Program-made: the position numbers and the translations under genes | Notes under the pieces: generated by a model | Database searches by the model: none | The model's input: the letters and a program-made list of their open reading frames with translations, nothing else | What the model was told of the DNA's origin: nothing | Shown: positions 1 to 9,859 of the stretch, one piece after another | Numbering within the stretch: the stretch's first letter is position 1 | How the letters are laid out: every line of letters starts with the position of its first letter | Source: Nitrosomonadales bacterium | Lineage (GTDB): Bacteria > Pseudomonadota > Gammaproteobacteria > Burkholderiales > Gallionellaceae | Length of the DNA stretch: 64,000 bases | Assembly (NCBI GenBank): GCA_016235045.1 | Contig: JACRME010000015.1 | Coordinates: forward strand, 3,296-67,295 | Reading direction: 5' to 3'

Positions 1-1536
1 GATGTTCAGCGTCTGGATGCGATACGCGATCTGTCTTGGCGTCATGTCGAGCAACCGTGCGGCCTTGGCCTGCACCCAGCCCGCCTGTTCCAGCGCGGCG
101 ATGACCTTTTCGCGTTCGTCGAGGTTGGGGTCGTCGAGGTCCAGTTCCTGGATGGCGCCGCGGCTGTTCGATATCTTTTCGTCGATGCCGGTGAGCAGGA
201 TGGCGTCGCGGTCGATGGTCTCGCCTTCGGTCATCACCGAGGCGCGTTCGAGGCAGTTCTCCAGTTCGCGCACGTTGCCCGGCCAGTCGTGGTGCATGAG
301 GATGCGCAGCGCGGTATCGGTGAGGCTGAGCTGGCGGCCCTGTTGCGTGCTGATCTTCTCGACCAGGAAGCGCGCGATCTCGGGGATGTCTTCCATGCGG
401 TCGCGCAGCGGCGGCAGGTACAGCGGCATCACGTTGAGGCGGTAGTACAAGTCCTCGCGGAAGCGGCCTTTCTCCACTTCGGCTTCGAGGTCGCGGTGCG
501 TGGCGGCGACCACGCGCACATCGACCTTGATGGTCTTGGTGCCGCCGACGCGTTCCAGTTCGCCTTCCTGCAACACGCGCAGCAGCTTGGCCTGGAACGA
601 GGCGGAGATTTCGCCGATCTCGTCGAGGAACACAGTGCCGCCTTCGGCCTGCTCGAAGCGTCCCTTGCGTTGCGCCACCGCGCCGGTGAAGGCGCCTTTC
701 TCGTGGCCGAACAGTTCGCTTTCCAGCAGGGTCTCCGGCAGCGCCGCGCAGTTGAGTTTGACGAAACTGCCGCGCGCACGCGGCGAGTTGTAGTGGATGG
801 CGTTGGCGATGAGCTCCTTGCCGGTGCCGGTTTCGCCGCGAATCAGCACGGTGGTGTTCCACTTCGCCACCAGCCGCACTTGTTCGAAGATGCGGCGCAT
901 CGGCTGGGTGTGGCCGATGATGTTGTCGAAGCCGTATTGCCCGCGCACGGTGCGGCGCAGCACGTCGCGTTCTTCGGAAATCTCCTTCTTCTCCTCGGCC
1001 ACTTCCTGCGACAGGCGTACGCTCTGGCCGATCAGGTTGGCAACCATTTCCAGGAAGTGCTGGTATTCGTTGAGTTGCCTGGTGATGCTGGGGGCAGGCT
1101 GTGCCGCCAGCACGCCGACGACCTTCTGGCCGATGCGGATCGGCACGCCGACAAAAGCGCCCTGCGGATTGTAAATGCCGAGGCGCGAGAGGAAGCGCGG
1201 CTCGTCCATGATGCATTCGACCACGATGCTGTTGCCGGTCTTGAGGATGGTGCCGACCACGCCTTCGCCGGGCAGGTAGCTGACTTCCTCGGTAACGGCG
1301 TCGGATACGCCGTACACCAGCGACACTTGAAGCTCTCCGCTTGCAGTATCAAAGAGACTGACCATGCCGCGTTCCAGCGCCACGCCTTCGTGCAGCGCGT
1401 TCAGCACGCCGTCCAGCGTTTCCTTGAAGTTGAGCGAGCGCGACAGCACCTTGCTCACCTGGTACAGCGTTTCCAGTTCGGAACGCAGCAAGTCGAGTTC
1501 CATCCCGGTTTTTATTTCCGCACGATCATTGGGCAT
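1..1536 (-). CDS. nifA: NifA, sigma-54-dependent nif transcriptional activator (last few codons run off the window edge)
   Basis: Absent from the ORF track because no stop lies in the window. My minus-strand translation from ATG 1536 reads [32 protein letters not shown]... It shows a GAF-like N-terminus, AAA+ motifs [12 protein letters not shown] and [15 protein letters not shown], and a C-terminal HTH ...[12 protein letters not shown] ending exactly at base 1. The start overlaps the nifL stop. Confidence 0.9.
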   Translation of the reverse strand, partial: MPNDRAEIKTGMELDLLRSELETLYQVSKVLSRSLNFKETLDGVLNALHEGVALERGMVSLFDTASGELQVSLVYGVSDAVTEEVSYLPGEGVVGTILKTGNSIVVECIMDEPRFLSRLGIYNPQGAFVGVPIRIGQKVVGVLAAQPAPSITRQLNEYQHFLEMVANLIGQSVRLSQEVAEEKKEISEERDVLRRTVRGQYGFDNIIGHTQPMRRIFEQVRLVAKWNTTVLIRGETGTGKELIANAIHYNSPRARGSFVKLNCAALPETLLESELFGHEKGAFTGAVAQRKGRFEQAEGGTVFLDEIGEISASFQAKLLRVLQEGELERVGGTKTIKVDVRVVAATHRDLEAEVEKGRFREDLYYRLNVMPLYLPPLRDRMEDIPEIARFLVEKISTQQGRQLSLTDTALRILMHHDWPGNVRELENCLERASVMTEGETIDRDAILLTGIDEKISNSRGAIQELDLDDPNLDEREKVIAALEQAGWVQAKAARLLDMTPRQIAYRIQTLNI

Positions 1537-3079
1537 GGTTCACCCCCGACACATAAGGAAGTTGCACGCGAACCCGGCATCCGGCGCGGAATGCCGGATC
1601 GATGTCGATGGTGCCGTTGTGGCTGGTCACGATGTCCTGCGCCATGGCCAGGCCGAGTCCCAGGTGCTGCCGCGAGGCGCCCTTGGTGGTGAAGAACGGC
1701 TGGAATACCTTGTAGCGCAGCTCTTCGGGGATGCCGGGGCCGCTGTCTTCGACGAGTATCTCGATGTGGTCGCTACGGGAGGTGCAGGCGATGCGCAGTT
1801 CGCGCTGACCGCCGCGCCGCTCGTTTACCGCCTCGATGGCATTCGCGATCAGTTGCTTGAACAGGTTGGACAGTTGCGCCGGATGCCCGGAAATCACGGC
1901 CGAGCCGCTCGCCGGTGTCCAGTCCACCACGATGCCTGCGCCGAGCAGGCTGGCGGTGGTGAGTTTGAGCACGTCGGCCAGCACCTCGTTGAGGTCGACC
2001 GATTGCATCGCTTCGTGATTGTGGTCCGGGATGCAGGCGCGCAGCGTTTCCAGCACCTCGCGGCTCTTTTGCATGGCTTCGTCCAGCGCGCTGGCGGCTG
2101 GCATGTCGCTGCCCGCATCGCGGCGGCGGCCCATCATGGTGGCGACGGCGCTCAGCATGTTGAGCGGGCCTTCCAGTTGATATACCGCGCCGGCCAGCGT
2201 CTCGCGCAGTCCCTGGATGCGTTCCTGTTCGGACAGCAGCGCATGCAGGCTGTTGATGCGCAGGGCTTCCTGTTGGCGCTTGATTTCGCTGATGTCCTGG
2301 ATGGTGAGCAGCAGGTAGTGGCGATGCGCCGGTTCGTAGAAGGCGTCCGCGCCGACATCGTGTTCTTCGAACCAGGACACGGCGCAGGAGAACCAGCGAT
2401 TCGTCTGGTTGGCCAGCCCGATACTTACTTCGCGCGCGGCGATGTTGCGGTGCTTGTCGTAGGCCCTGGTAAAGGCATCGCCCATTTGCGCACGCAACTC
2501 GGCGAGCAGTTTCACCGCCGGCTCCTTGCCCAGGTCGCCGATGAGTTTCTTGTATTCCTGATTGTCGAGCAGCACGCGCTCCTTCTCGTCCAGCAGCACG
2601 ATGGCGACCTGCGCCGAATCGACCACCGATTCGATCAGCGTCTTCTGGTTCTGCACTTGGCGTTCCAGCCGGTGCACCTCGGTCACGTCGCGATGCATGC
2701 CGAGGTAATGCGTGGTGTTGCCCTCCTCGCCCACCACCGGCGTGATGGTGACATCGGCCAGGTAGCGGCTGCCATCCTTGCGCTTGTTCACCAGCAGGCC
2801 GTTCCACGGGCGCTGGCGCTGGATCTGCGCCCACAGCGTCTCATAAACCAGTTTGGGGGTGACGCGATAGGACAGCACGGATTCGTTGTGGCCGATCACC
2901 TCGTCCCGTTCGTAGCCGGTGATGCGCTGGAATGCGCCGTTCGCATACAGGATGTTCGCGCGCGCATCGGTGATGGAGATCGCCAGCGCAGCCTGCTCCA
3001 CGGCCTTGCGGAAGAGGTGCGATGGCAGGTTGTCGCCAGCCTCGGCGGGGGCGTTCGGTGCGGCGGGTTGCTTGGACAT
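1526..3079 (-). CDS. nifL: NifL, PAS/GHKL-type anti-activator of NifA
   Basis: ORF 1526..3118 trimmed to ATG 3079 ([12 protein letters not shown] upstream). It has a PAS region ([37 protein letters not shown]) and a C-terminal ATPase-like region (VEDSGPGIP...[11 protein letters not shown]), collinear with Azotobacter-type NifL. There is an 11-nt overlap with the nifA start. Confidence 0.9.
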   Translation of the reverse strand: MSKQPAAPNAPAEAGDNLPSHLFRKAVEQAALAISITDARANILYANGAFQRITGYERDEVIGHNESVLSYRVTPKLVYETLWAQIQRQRPWNGLLVNKRKDGSRYLADVTITPVVGEEGNTTHYLGMHRDVTEVHRLERQVQNQKTLIESVVDSAQVAIVLLDEKERVLLDNQEYKKLIGDLGKEPAVKLLAELRAQMGDAFTRAYDKHRNIAAREVSIGLANQTNRWFSCAVSWFEEHDVGADAFYEPAHRHYLLLTIQDISEIKRQQEALRINSLHALLSEQERIQGLRETLAGAVYQLEGPLNMLSAVATMMGRRRDAGSDMPAASALDEAMQKSREVLETLRACIPDHNHEAMQSVDLNEVLADVLKLTTASLLGAGIVVDWTPASGSAVISGHPAQLSNLFKQLIANAIEAVNERRGGQRELRIACTSRSDHIEILVEDSGPGIPEELRYKVFQPFFTTKGASRQHLGLGLAMAQDIVTSHNGTIDIDPAFRAGCRVRVQLPYVSGVNHAQ

Positions 3080-3170
3080 GGAAGCTCCGGTTGATCGATG
3101 ATATACACAGTTCAGCAATAACCATGCCTGGGATTTTCAATTTTTGCCCAACGACGCAACACGCACCGGT

Positions 3171-3186
3171 TGTCGTGTTTGCTACA
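3171..3186 (+). promoter_or_regulatory. NifA upstream activator sequence (TGT-N10-ACA) for the rnf operon
   Basis: TGTCGTGTTTGCTACA is an exact TGT-N10-ACA, about 107 nt upstream of the -24 element at 3293. Confidence 0.7.
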
Positions 3187-3292
3187 TCGCTGCATGACAC
3201 GGCCCGACAACGACAATGGTTTTTTGCACCTGTCTGGTGCGCTCATGCACCAAACGCCTGATTTCGTGCGTCCCGCTGCGGTGCGCCTGCAT

Positions 3293-3308
3293 TGGCACGG
3301 CGCTTGCA
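3293..3308 (+). promoter_or_regulatory. sigma-54 (-24/-12) promoter of rnfA
   Basis: TGGCACGGCGCTTGCA matches TGGCAC-N5-TTGCA exactly, about 27 nt upstream of the rnfA ATG. Confidence 0.8.
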
Positions 3309-3334
3309 AACGAGAGGGCAGGAGATCGTCTTAT

Positions 3335-3913
3335 ATGAGTGAGTATCTTTTATTGCTGCTGGGGACTGCGTTGGTGAACAACGTGGTGCTGGTGAAGTTC
3401 CTCGGGCTGTGTCCCTTCATGGGCGTATCCAAGAAGATGGACGGCGCGCTCGGCATGGGCATGGCCACCACCTTCGTGCTGACCATGACGACGGCCGCGA
3501 CCTGGATGCTGGAGCACTGGCTGCTGATGCCGCTGGGCATCCAGTACCTGCGCCTGCTCGCCTTCATCCTCACCATTGCCGCCGTGGTGCAGTTCACCGA
3601 GATGCTGATCCGCAAATTCAGTCCCGCCCTGTATCAGGTGCTGGGCATCTACCTGCCGCTGATCACCACCAACTGCGCTGTGCTCGGCATCGCGCTGCTC
3701 AATGTGCAGGAGAAGAACGGCTTTATGCACAGCCTGCTTTACGGCTTCGGCTCGGCGGTCGGCTTCACGCTGGTGATGCTCTTGTTTACCGGACTGCGCG
3801 TGCGCCTGGCATTGGCGCAGGTGCCGAACGCATTCAGCGGCGCTCCCATCGGTTTCATCACCGCCAGTTTGCTGGCGCTGGCGTTCATGGGGTTTGCGGG
3901 TTTGGCGGGGTAA
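3335..3913 (+). CDS. rnfA: Rnf electron-transport complex subunit A
   Basis: ORF 3170..3913 trimmed to ATG 3335 (RBS GGCAGGAG). [32 protein letters not shown]... is a polytopic RnfA/NqrE-type sequence and the first gene of an rnfABCDGE order. Confidence 0.9.
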   Translation: MSEYLLLLLGTALVNNVVLVKFLGLCPFMGVSKKMDGALGMGMATTFVLTMTTAATWMLEHWLLMPLGIQYLRLLAFILTIAAVVQFTEMLIRKFSPALYQVLGIYLPLITTNCAVLGIALLNVQEKNGFMHSLLYGFGSAVGFTLVMLLFTGLRVRLALAQVPNAFSGAPIGFITASLLALAFMGFAGLAG

Positions 3914-3923
3914 TGAAAATGCA

Positions 3924-4022
3924 CTTATCCGCAGATTACACAGATTACGCAAGATTATTGCCTCGAAGTGTCGTTCTGGTTGCGCGGTTGAATCTGTTTA
4001 ATCTGCGTAATCTGCGGATAGA
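3924..4022. repeat. MITE-like element with tandem-octamer inverted arms (CAGATTAC variant)
   Basis: Left arm TTATCCGCAGATTACACAGATTACGCAAGATT and right arm AATCTGTTTAATCTGCGTAATCTGCGGATA are inverted, with a spacer of about 35 nt. It lies between rnfA and rnfB. Confidence 0.7.
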
Positions 4023-4042
4023 AGTTTTGAAAGGAAGTTGAA

Positions 4043-4582
4043 ATGCTGATCGCTGCCGTCGTCAGTCTGACCCTGTTGGGAACCGTCTTCGGATTGTTGC
4101 TCGGCGTTGCCGCGCGCTATCTGAAAGTGGAAGGCAACCCGCTGGTCGCCGAACTCGAACAATTGCTGCCCGGTTCGCAATGCGGGCAGTGCGGCTTCCC
4201 CGGTTGCTCCGGCGCCGCACAGGCGCTGGCCGACGGCAGTGCCTCGCTTGCCCTGTGTCCTCCCGGCGGTCGCGCGGTGATGCAGGCGTTGGCAAACAAG
4301 CTCGGTATCGAGGCCGACCTTTCCGGCGTGGAAGACAAGGGGCCGATGATCGCCGAGATCAGGGAAGAGATATGCATCGGCTGCACGCGCTGTTTCAAAG
4401 TGTGCCCCACCGACGCCATCATGGGCGCGGCACAGCAGATCCATGTGGTGTTCCGCGAGGCGTGCACCGCCTGCGGCAAATGCGAAGCAGTGTGCCCGAC
4501 CGAATCGGTGAAGCTGCAGCCTATCCCGGCCACGCTGCAATCCTGGTATTGGAACAAGCCGCAAGCAGGGGAGGCAGCATGA
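4043..4582 (+). CDS. rnfB: Rnf complex subunit B (polyferredoxin)
   Basis: N-terminal TM helix, a CGQCGFPGC motif, and ferredoxin motifs CIGCTRCFKVCP and CTACGKCEAVCP. Confidence 0.9.
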   Translation: MLIAAVVSLTLLGTVFGLLLGVAARYLKVEGNPLVAELEQLLPGSQCGQCGFPGCSGAAQALADGSASLALCPPGGRAVMQALANKLGIEADLSGVEDKGPMIAEIREEICIGCTRCFKVCPTDAIMGAAQQIHVVFREACTACGKCEAVCPTESVKLQPIPATLQSWYWNKPQAGEAA

Positions 4583-6057
4583 AGCTATTCGACCTGAAAG
4601 GCGGCGTCCATCCCGAAGGCAAGAAGGACCTGTCGGCCGAGCGCCATATCCGCGCGCTGCCGTTGCCGAAAAAACTCTACGTACCCTTGCAGCAGCACAT
4701 CGGCGCGCCCGCCACACCCGTGGTGAATGTCGGCGACAAGGTGCTGAAGGGCCAGCTCATCGCATCCGCACAGGGCGCAGTCTCATCCTCCATCCATGCG
4801 CCGACTTCCGGCACTATCGTTGCGTTGGGCGACCATGTTGCGCCGCATCCGTCCGGCCTGCCGGTGCCGACCATCACGCTGGAGAGCGACGGCGAAGACA
4901 GGTGGGGCATGACAAAAGTGGTGGACGATCCGCTCGCGCTCGCGCCGGAAGACATCGCGGCGCATGTGGCGGCGGCCGGCATCGTCGGCCTCGGCGGCGC
5001 GACCTTTCCGTCCGCGCTCAAATTGAATCTAAGCCGCGGCAGCGGCGTGCAGACGCTGATCATGAACGGCGGCGAGTGCGAACCCTACCTCACCTGCGAC
5101 GACCGCATCATGCGCGAGCGCGCCGTGGAGATCGTCGAAGGCATCCGCCTGATCGCGCATGCCGTTGCCGCCAAAGAAGTGCTGGTCGGCATCGAGGACA
5201 ACAAGCCGGAAGCCATCGCCGCCATGCAGGAGGCGGCACAAGGCACGGCGATCAAAGTCGTCGCGATGCCCAGCATGTACCCGATGGGTTCGGAGAAGCA
5301 GATCATCCAGGTGCTTACCGGCAAAGAGGTTCCCGCCGGCGGGCGTCCCGCCGACATCGGCGTGCTGGTGCACAACGTCGCCACTGCCTTTGCCGTGCAA
5401 CAGGCCATCCGCTACGGCAAGCCGCTGATCTCGCGCATCGTCACCGTCAGCGGCGGCGCGATCCTGCAACCCTGCAATCTGGAAGTGCTGATCGGCACAC
5501 CGGTGCAGGAGCTGATCGAATTCAGCGGCGGCTACAGGCAGCCTGCCGCGCGTCTGGTGCTGGGCGGTCCGATGATGGGACAACAATTTACCAATACCAA
5601 TGTGCCGGTGGTGAAGGGAACGAGCGGCGTGTTGGCACTGATGGCTTCCGAGATCGGCCAGGCGGAAGCCTCGCCGTGCATCCGTTGTTCCACCTGCGTA
5701 CGCGCCTGCCCGGTCGGCCTGCTGCCGCTGGAGATGGCGGCGCATATCCGCACCGCCGATTTGGCCGGTGCGGCCGCGCTGGGACTCAAGGATTGCATCG
5801 CCTGCGGCTCCTGTTCCTATGTCTGTCCCGCACATATTCCGCTGGTGCATTTCTTCAACTACGCCAAGGGCGACCTCGCGGCGCAGGAACGCAGCAAGCT
5901 GAAACAGGAAGCCACCAAGAAACTGGCCGACGCGCGCAATGAGCGGCTGGCGCGCATCGAGCGCGAGCGTGCGGAAGCGGCAGCGAAACGCAAGGCGGCG
6001 CGCGAAGCGAAAGCGGCGAAAGAGGCGGCGGCGAAGGCGGCGGAGGAGGCAGCATGA
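4579..6057 (+). CDS. rnfC: Rnf complex subunit C
   Basis: ORF 4180..6057 trimmed to ATG 4579, which overlaps the rnfB stop (ATGA). MKLFDLKGGVHPEGKK..., GLGGATFPS, and 4Fe-4S motifs CIRCSTCVRACP and CIACGSCSYVCP. The C-terminal tail is Lys/Ala/Glu-rich. Confidence 0.9.
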   Translation: MKLFDLKGGVHPEGKKDLSAERHIRALPLPKKLYVPLQQHIGAPATPVVNVGDKVLKGQLIASAQGAVSSSIHAPTSGTIVALGDHVAPHPSGLPVPTITLESDGEDRWGMTKVVDDPLALAPEDIAAHVAAAGIVGLGGATFPSALKLNLSRGSGVQTLIMNGGECEPYLTCDDRIMRERAVEIVEGIRLIAHAVAAKEVLVGIEDNKPEAIAAMQEAAQGTAIKVVAMPSMYPMGSEKQIIQVLTGKEVPAGGRPADIGVLVHNVATAFAVQQAIRYGKPLISRIVTVSGGAILQPCNLEVLIGTPVQELIEFSGGYRQPAARLVLGGPMMGQQFTNTNVPVVKGTSGVLALMASEIGQAEASPCIRCSTCVRACPVGLLPLEMAAHIRTADLAGAAALGLKDCIACGSCSYVCPAHIPLVHFFNYAKGDLAAQERSKLKQEATKKLADARNERLARIERERAEAAAKRKAAREAKAAKEAAAKAAEEAA

Positions 6058-6080
6058 ATTCAAATTCTCCTGCAAACCTG

Positions 6081-6242
6081 TTCCCTCCCCCTTGCAGGGG
6101 GATAACCAGCGACTTAGCTGGCGTTGTTTGCCAGCTTAGTCGAATGGCTAGTAGTTCCATCAGGGCTAGGGTGGGGGTAGAAACGTTGAGTACCCACAGA
6201 GTCAACCCCCTTCCTAACCTTCCCCCTGCAAGGGGGAAGGAA
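6081..6242. repeat. REP-B doublet (CCCTCCCCCTTGCAGGGGG... / ...CCTTCCCCCTGCAAGGGGGAAGG) carrying a nested 60-nt element
   Basis: G/C-rich palindromes of the family also seen at 8137, 18468, 22350, 25244, 44764 and 51221. It lies between rnfC and rnfD. Confidence 0.85.
6102..6161 (+). mobile_element. 60-nt hairpin element nested in a REP-B arm (copy 1)
   Basis: ATAACCAGCGACTTAGCTGGCGTTGTTTGCCAGCTTAGTCGAATGGCTAGTAGTTCCATC is inserted between ...TTGCAGGGGG and AGGGCTAGGG. Compare the uninterrupted site at 22350-22447. Confidence 0.7.
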
Positions 6243-6280
6243 CTCGCAGTGCTATGCGTTTTCGTGCAGAGAGATAACAC

Positions 6281-7330
6281 ATGACCCCCATCGCCCACTC
6301 CCCCCACGCCCACGCCCCCGTCTCCATCGGCAAGGTGATGGCCACCGTGCTGCTTGCACTCACGCCCGCCACGCTGTTCGGTTTCTGGCTGTACGGCTGG
6401 CCCGCGGTCAACCTGTGGGCAGTGGCGCTGATCGCCGCCATCCTCGGCGAAGCCTTTGTCGTGCGCATGCAGGGACGCAAGGTGCGTCCGGTGCTGATGG
6501 ACGGCTCCGGCATCCTTACCGCATGGCTGCTGGCCTTGTCGTTGCCGCCGTATGCACCCTGGTGGATCGCGGTGCTGGGCAGTCTGTTCGCGGTCATCAT
6601 CGGCAAGCAGGTGTTCGGCGGGCTGGGGCAGAACGTGTTCAATCCGGCGATGGCTGCGCGCGTGATGTTGCTGATCTCCTTTCCGCTGGAGATGACCACC
6701 TGGGTCGCGCCTTCGCAGGCACCGGGTCTGCTCGAAAGTCTGCGCATCACCTTCTTCAGTCAGCCCATCGACGGCATGGCCAGCGCCTCACTGCTCGGTC
6801 ACGTGAAGACCGAGTTCACGCGCGGCATCGGTCTCGATCAGGCACTTGCCGGTTATTACGCGCCGATGGATATGTTGTGGGGCAGTCGCACTGGCAGTCT
6901 CGGCGAGACTGCTGCCGTGTTGCTACTGATCGGCGGATTATTCCTTATCGCGCGTCGCATCATCACCTGGCATGCGCCGTTCGCCATGCTGCTCGGCGTG
7001 GCCGCACCGGCGCTGCTGTTCAACATGATCGACGGCAACCATTACGCCGGGCCGATGGTGCATCTGCTTTCCGGCGGTTTGATGCTGGGGGCGTTCTTCA
7101 TCGTCACCGATCCGGTGACGTCACCCAACACGGCGCTGGGGCAATTCATCTTCGGGCTGAGCTGCGGCCTGCTGACCTGGATTATCCGCACCTGGGGCGG
7201 TTATCCGGAAGGCGTGGCGTTCGCCGTGCTGCTGATGAATGCGGCCACACCCATCATCGACCAGTACGTCAAACCGCGCATCTACGGTCGCGACCGCAAG
7301 GGCGTGGCGCTATCCGTGAAGAAGGGATGA
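6281..7330 (+). CDS. rnfD: Rnf complex subunit D
   Basis: 349-aa polytopic protein of RnfD/NqrB type (…FFIVTDPVTSPNT…), at the expected position after rnfC. Confidence 0.9.
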   Translation: MTPIAHSPHAHAPVSIGKVMATVLLALTPATLFGFWLYGWPAVNLWAVALIAAILGEAFVVRMQGRKVRPVLMDGSGILTAWLLALSLPPYAPWWIAVLGSLFAVIIGKQVFGGLGQNVFNPAMAARVMLLISFPLEMTTWVAPSQAPGLLESLRITFFSQPIDGMASASLLGHVKTEFTRGIGLDQALAGYYAPMDMLWGSRTGSLGETAAVLLLIGGLFLIARRIITWHAPFAMLLGVAAPALLFNMIDGNHYAGPMVHLLSGGLMLGAFFIVTDPVTSPNTALGQFIFGLSCGLLTWIIRTWGGYPEGVAFAVLLMNAATPIIDQYVKPRIYGRDRKGVALSVKKG

Positions 7331-7340
7331 AGCGAAATGC

Positions 7341-7478
7341 AAAACCATTTGCCACAGAGAACACAGAGCACACAGAGAAAGACGTGTTGCCTCAACGATT
7401 CGTGGGTTAACCCACAAGGACAGATGAATACCAGCGAATATCTCTGTGATCTCTGTGTCCTCTGTGGCAAAAGTTTTT
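7341..7478. repeat. MITE-like element with CACAGAG-octamer inverted arms (copy 1)
   Basis: Left arm TTGCCACAGAGAACACAGAGCACACAGAGA and right arm TCTCTGTGATCTCTGTGTCCTCTGTGGCAA are about 30-nt inverted repeats around a spacer of about 60 nt. It lies between rnfD and rnfG. Confidence 0.8.
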
Positions 7479-7490
7479 AAAGAGGTTTAA

Positions 7491-8117
7491 ATGAAACTCG
7501 AAGAACTACGCAGCAAGCTGAGTTACCAGGGCATCCTGCTCGGCGGGGTGGCGCTGCTCACCAGTGCGGCGCTGGCTTACGCCTCGCGCGCCACCGAGGC
7601 GGACATCAAGGCGGCGGAAGCGGCCGATCTCAAACAATCGCTGGCGCAGGTGCTGCCGGGCGAATACGAGAACGATCTGCTCAAGGACACCGTCACGCTG
7701 CCCGGCAAGGACGGCGAGGTGCTGGTGTATCGCGGACGCCGTGAGGGCAAGGTGGAGGCGGTGGTGTATCGGGTGACCGGTCACGGCTATGCCGGCAACA
7801 TCGTGTGCGTGATGGGTGTGTCGCGCGAGGGCAAGGTGCTTGGTGTGCGCGTCATCAACCACAAGGAGACCCCCGGGCTGGGCGACAAGATCGAACCGGC
7901 CAAGGGCGACTGGATCCATTCCTTCGAAGGCAAATGGCTGGGCGAGCCGGCAACGGACAAATGGGCGGTGAAGAAGGACGGCGGCGTGTTCGACCAGTTC
8001 GCCGGCGCCACCATCACGCCGCGCGGCGTGGTGAAGGCGGTGAAGGGTGGGCTGGAGTTCTTTGAGAAGGAACGTACGACATTGCTCGATGAAACGGAAC
8101 TGGTAACACAGAAATGA
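7491..8117 (+). CDS. rnfG: Rnf complex subunit G (FMN-binding)
   Basis: N-terminal anchor, an FMN_bind-type domain, and the flavin-attachment-type motif FDQFAGATITPRGV. Confidence 0.9.
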   Translation: MKLEELRSKLSYQGILLGGVALLTSAALAYASRATEADIKAAEAADLKQSLAQVLPGEYENDLLKDTVTLPGKDGEVLVYRGRREGKVEAVVYRVTGHGYAGNIVCVMGVSREGKVLGVRVINHKETPGLGDKIEPAKGDWIHSFEGKWLGEPATDKWAVKKDGGVFDQFAGATITPRGVVKAVKGGLEFFEKERTTLLDETELVTQK

Positions 8118-8136
8118 TTACGCCAGCGTTCAAGTT

Positions 8137-8220
8137 TCTACCCCCACCCTACCCCTCCCCCTGCATGGGGGAGGGAACCGGCACCTTCCCCCTCTCAGGG
8201 GGAAGGCTGGGATGGGGGTG
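8137..8220. repeat. REP-B doublet
   Basis: TCTACCCCCACCCTACCCCTCCCCCTGCATGGGGGAGGG...CCTTCCCCCTCTCAGGGGGAAGG...GGGGGTG, between rnfG and rnfE. Confidence 0.8.
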
Positions 8221-8262
8221 TGATCTGAATGTATACCTCAAGGCTATGAGAGGAGGACGAGT

Positions 8263-8940
8263 ATGAACGACAAATACGCCCGCATCACCCGCGACGGCCT
8301 GTGGAACAACAACGTCGTGTTCGCGCAGATGCTCGCGCTGTGCCCGACGCTGGCGGTGACCAGCAGCGCCACCAACGGCCTCGGCATGGGGCTGGCCACC
8401 ACGGCGGTGCTGCTGCTTTCCAATATCATCATCTCCAGCGTGCGCCAGTTCGTCAGCGCCGAGGTGCGCATCCCGGTATACATCGTGCTGATCGCCACGC
8501 TGGTGACGCTGGTGGACATGAGCCTGAATGCCTGGGCGCATGAACTCTATAAAGTTTTGGGCCTGTTCATCGCGCTGATCGTGGTCAACTGCGCCATCCT
8601 CGGCCGCGCCGAAGCGTTCGCTTCCAAATCGAACATCCCCGACTCGGCGCTGGACGGCCTGATGATGGGCCTGGGCTTCACTGCTTCGCTGACGGTGATC
8701 GGCGGCATACGCGAGGTTTTCGGCAGCGGCACGTTGTTCGCCAACGCCCACCTGTTGCTGGGCCCGGCGTTCTCCTTCCTGGAGACGACCATCGTGCCGG
8801 AATACAAGGGTTTCCTGCTGATGATCCTGCCGCCCGGCGGATTCATGGTGGTGGGATTGCTGCTGGCCGCGAAGCGGGTGCTGGACCAGCGTCGCGCGGC
8901 GCGAGAAGTGGTCGCCGCGACTGAAGCGGCAGCGAGTTAA
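8263..8940 (+). CDS. rnfE: Rnf complex subunit E
   Basis: MNDKYARITRDGLWNNNVVFAQMLALCPTLAVTSSATNGLGMG... is an RnfE/NqrD-type polytopic protein. Confidence 0.9.
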   Translation: MNDKYARITRDGLWNNNVVFAQMLALCPTLAVTSSATNGLGMGLATTAVLLLSNIIISSVRQFVSAEVRIPVYIVLIATLVTLVDMSLNAWAHELYKVLGLFIALIVVNCAILGRAEAFASKSNIPDSALDGLMMGLGFTASLTVIGGIREVFGSGTLFANAHLLLGPAFSFLETTIVPEYKGFLLMILPPGGFMVVGLLLAAKRVLDQRRAAREVVAATEAAAS

Positions 8941-8951
8941 CACACAGTGCA

Positions 8952-9025
8952 GGGTGCAATAAGCGAAGCGCATTGCACCAAGATTGACGAAACATACGGC
9001 GCAATGCGCTTCGCTTATTGCGCCC
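8952..9025. repeat. REP-E inverted pair (GCAATAAGCGAAGCGCATTGC)
   Basis: GGGTGCAATAAGCGAAGCGCATTGCACC and its inverted copy GGCGCAATGCGCTTCGCTTATTGCGCCC are separated by about 18 nt. Confidence 0.7.
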
Positions 9026-9053
9026 TACGTAAAATCAGATTCAGGAGAGCATC

Positions 9054-9335
9054 ATGCAGATCGGCGTCGCCTATTCAGAACCTGCCGGCCAGACATGGCT
9101 GCGTATCGAAGTGCCGGAGGAAACCAATGTCCAGCAGGCCATCGAGCAGTCCGGCATCCTGAAGAAATTCCCTGCCATCGACCTCGAAACATACAAGATA
9201 GGAATCTTCGGCAAGACGGCCGAGCTGGATACCTTGCTCAAGCCGGGCGACCGGGTGGAGATCTACCGTGCCATCACCGCCGATCCGGCCACCGTGCCGC
9301 GCCGGGTCATCGCGGGCGAGGATGATGACGAGTAA
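9054..9335 (+). CDS. rnfH: RnfH (UPF0125) ubiquitin-fold protein
   Basis: 93 aa, MQIGVAYSEPAGQTWLRIEVPEETNVQQAIEQSGIL...GDRVEIYRAITADP. This is the typical RnfH family signature and its position after rnfE. Confidence 0.85.
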   Translation: MQIGVAYSEPAGQTWLRIEVPEETNVQQAIEQSGILKKFPAIDLETYKIGIFGKTAELDTLLKPGDRVEIYRAITADPATVPRRVIAGEDDDE

Positions 9336-9345
9336 ATGATTTAAC

Positions 9346-9425
9346 GGGAGCGCCGACGCCCCAAAGGCAGGCAATCCGATAGGGACAGAAGCCCCTTGGG
9401 AATTGATACTCACGTCGGCGCTCCC
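9346..9425. repeat. REP-3 long hairpin (GGGAGCGCCGACG ... CGTCGGCGCTCCC)
   Basis: Terminal 13-nt inverted repeats lie between the convergent rnfH and hemerythrin genes. It probably acts as a bidirectional terminator or RNA stabiliser. Confidence 0.7.
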
Positions 9426-9432
9426 GGCTTGC

Positions 9433-9834
9433 CTACGCTTGCTGTTTCTTCAAATGCAGCACCAGCGCACTATCCATCATGGCAAGGTGCGTATCGAACC
9501 ATTCCGGCAAACCCTCCTTCACATAGGCGCGCACCAGTGGCAGGTGCCCGCGCTTGAGGCTGCGGTTGAGTTGTTGCAGTTCGCCCAGCACGCGGTGGTG
9601 CTCGGCCTCATGTTCGGGCAGGCCCCGGTATTTCGTTTCGCGCATCAGTTTGCCTTCTGCGGTGAAATGCTCGCGCGTGTGATTGACCAGCGCCTGGAAC
9701 AGGGCGGGGAATTCGGCATTGCCGGACGCGATGAGCGCGGCCACCTGGTCTATGAACTCGCGGTGGGTGGTGTCCATCTCGTCCATACCGAGGGTGTGGC
9801 GCGTTTCATCCCATCTTGCCTGATGCTTGCTCAT
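9433..9834 (-). CDS. bacteriohemerythrin-like protein
   Basis: ORF 9433..9924 trimmed to MSKHQARWDETRHTLGMDEMDTTHREFIDQV... His/Glu/Asp ligand spacing (H-x3-E, HF..E, EHH) is typical of the hemerythrin cation-binding domain. Confidence 0.75.
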   Translation of the reverse strand: MSKHQARWDETRHTLGMDEMDTTHREFIDQVAALIASGNAEFPALFQALVNHTREHFTAEGKLMRETKYRGLPEHEAEHHRVLGELQQLNRSLKRGHLPLVRAYVKEGLPEWFDTHLAMMDSALVLHLKKQQA

Positions 9835-9859
9835 CGCCGACACCTTGCAGGGTGCTTGT

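Noticed and set aside
289-3094. Long plus-strand ORFs (289..1692, 1364..3094) covering the nifA/nifL region
   Set aside because: They are antisense to unmistakable NifA and NifL sequences. Their translations are Ala/Arg/Gly/His-rich with no motifs, the usual shadow ORFs of high-GC DNA.
3170-6057. Upstream extensions of the rnfA (3170), rnfC (4180), modA (32168), nafY-like (27438) and nifX (52740) ORFs
   Set aside because: The extensions lack family similarity and overlap promoters or preceding genes. Internal ATGs with good RBS or ATGA coupling give proteins of canonical length.
6102-6161. Possible hammerhead-type ribozyme in the 60-nt nested element (reverse strand reads CUGAUGGAAC...; forward strand has GUC followed by GAAUGG)
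   Set aside because: The core does not fit. CUGAUGG is not CUGAUGA. There is no properly placed GAAA box. The two motifs are also on opposite strands.
7351-7470. CRISPR-like appearance of the tandem CACAGAG units
   Set aside because: There are only about three 8-nt units per arm. The two arms are inverted copies of each other around a single spacer, and no cas genes are present. It is a MITE/REP-type structure, not an array.
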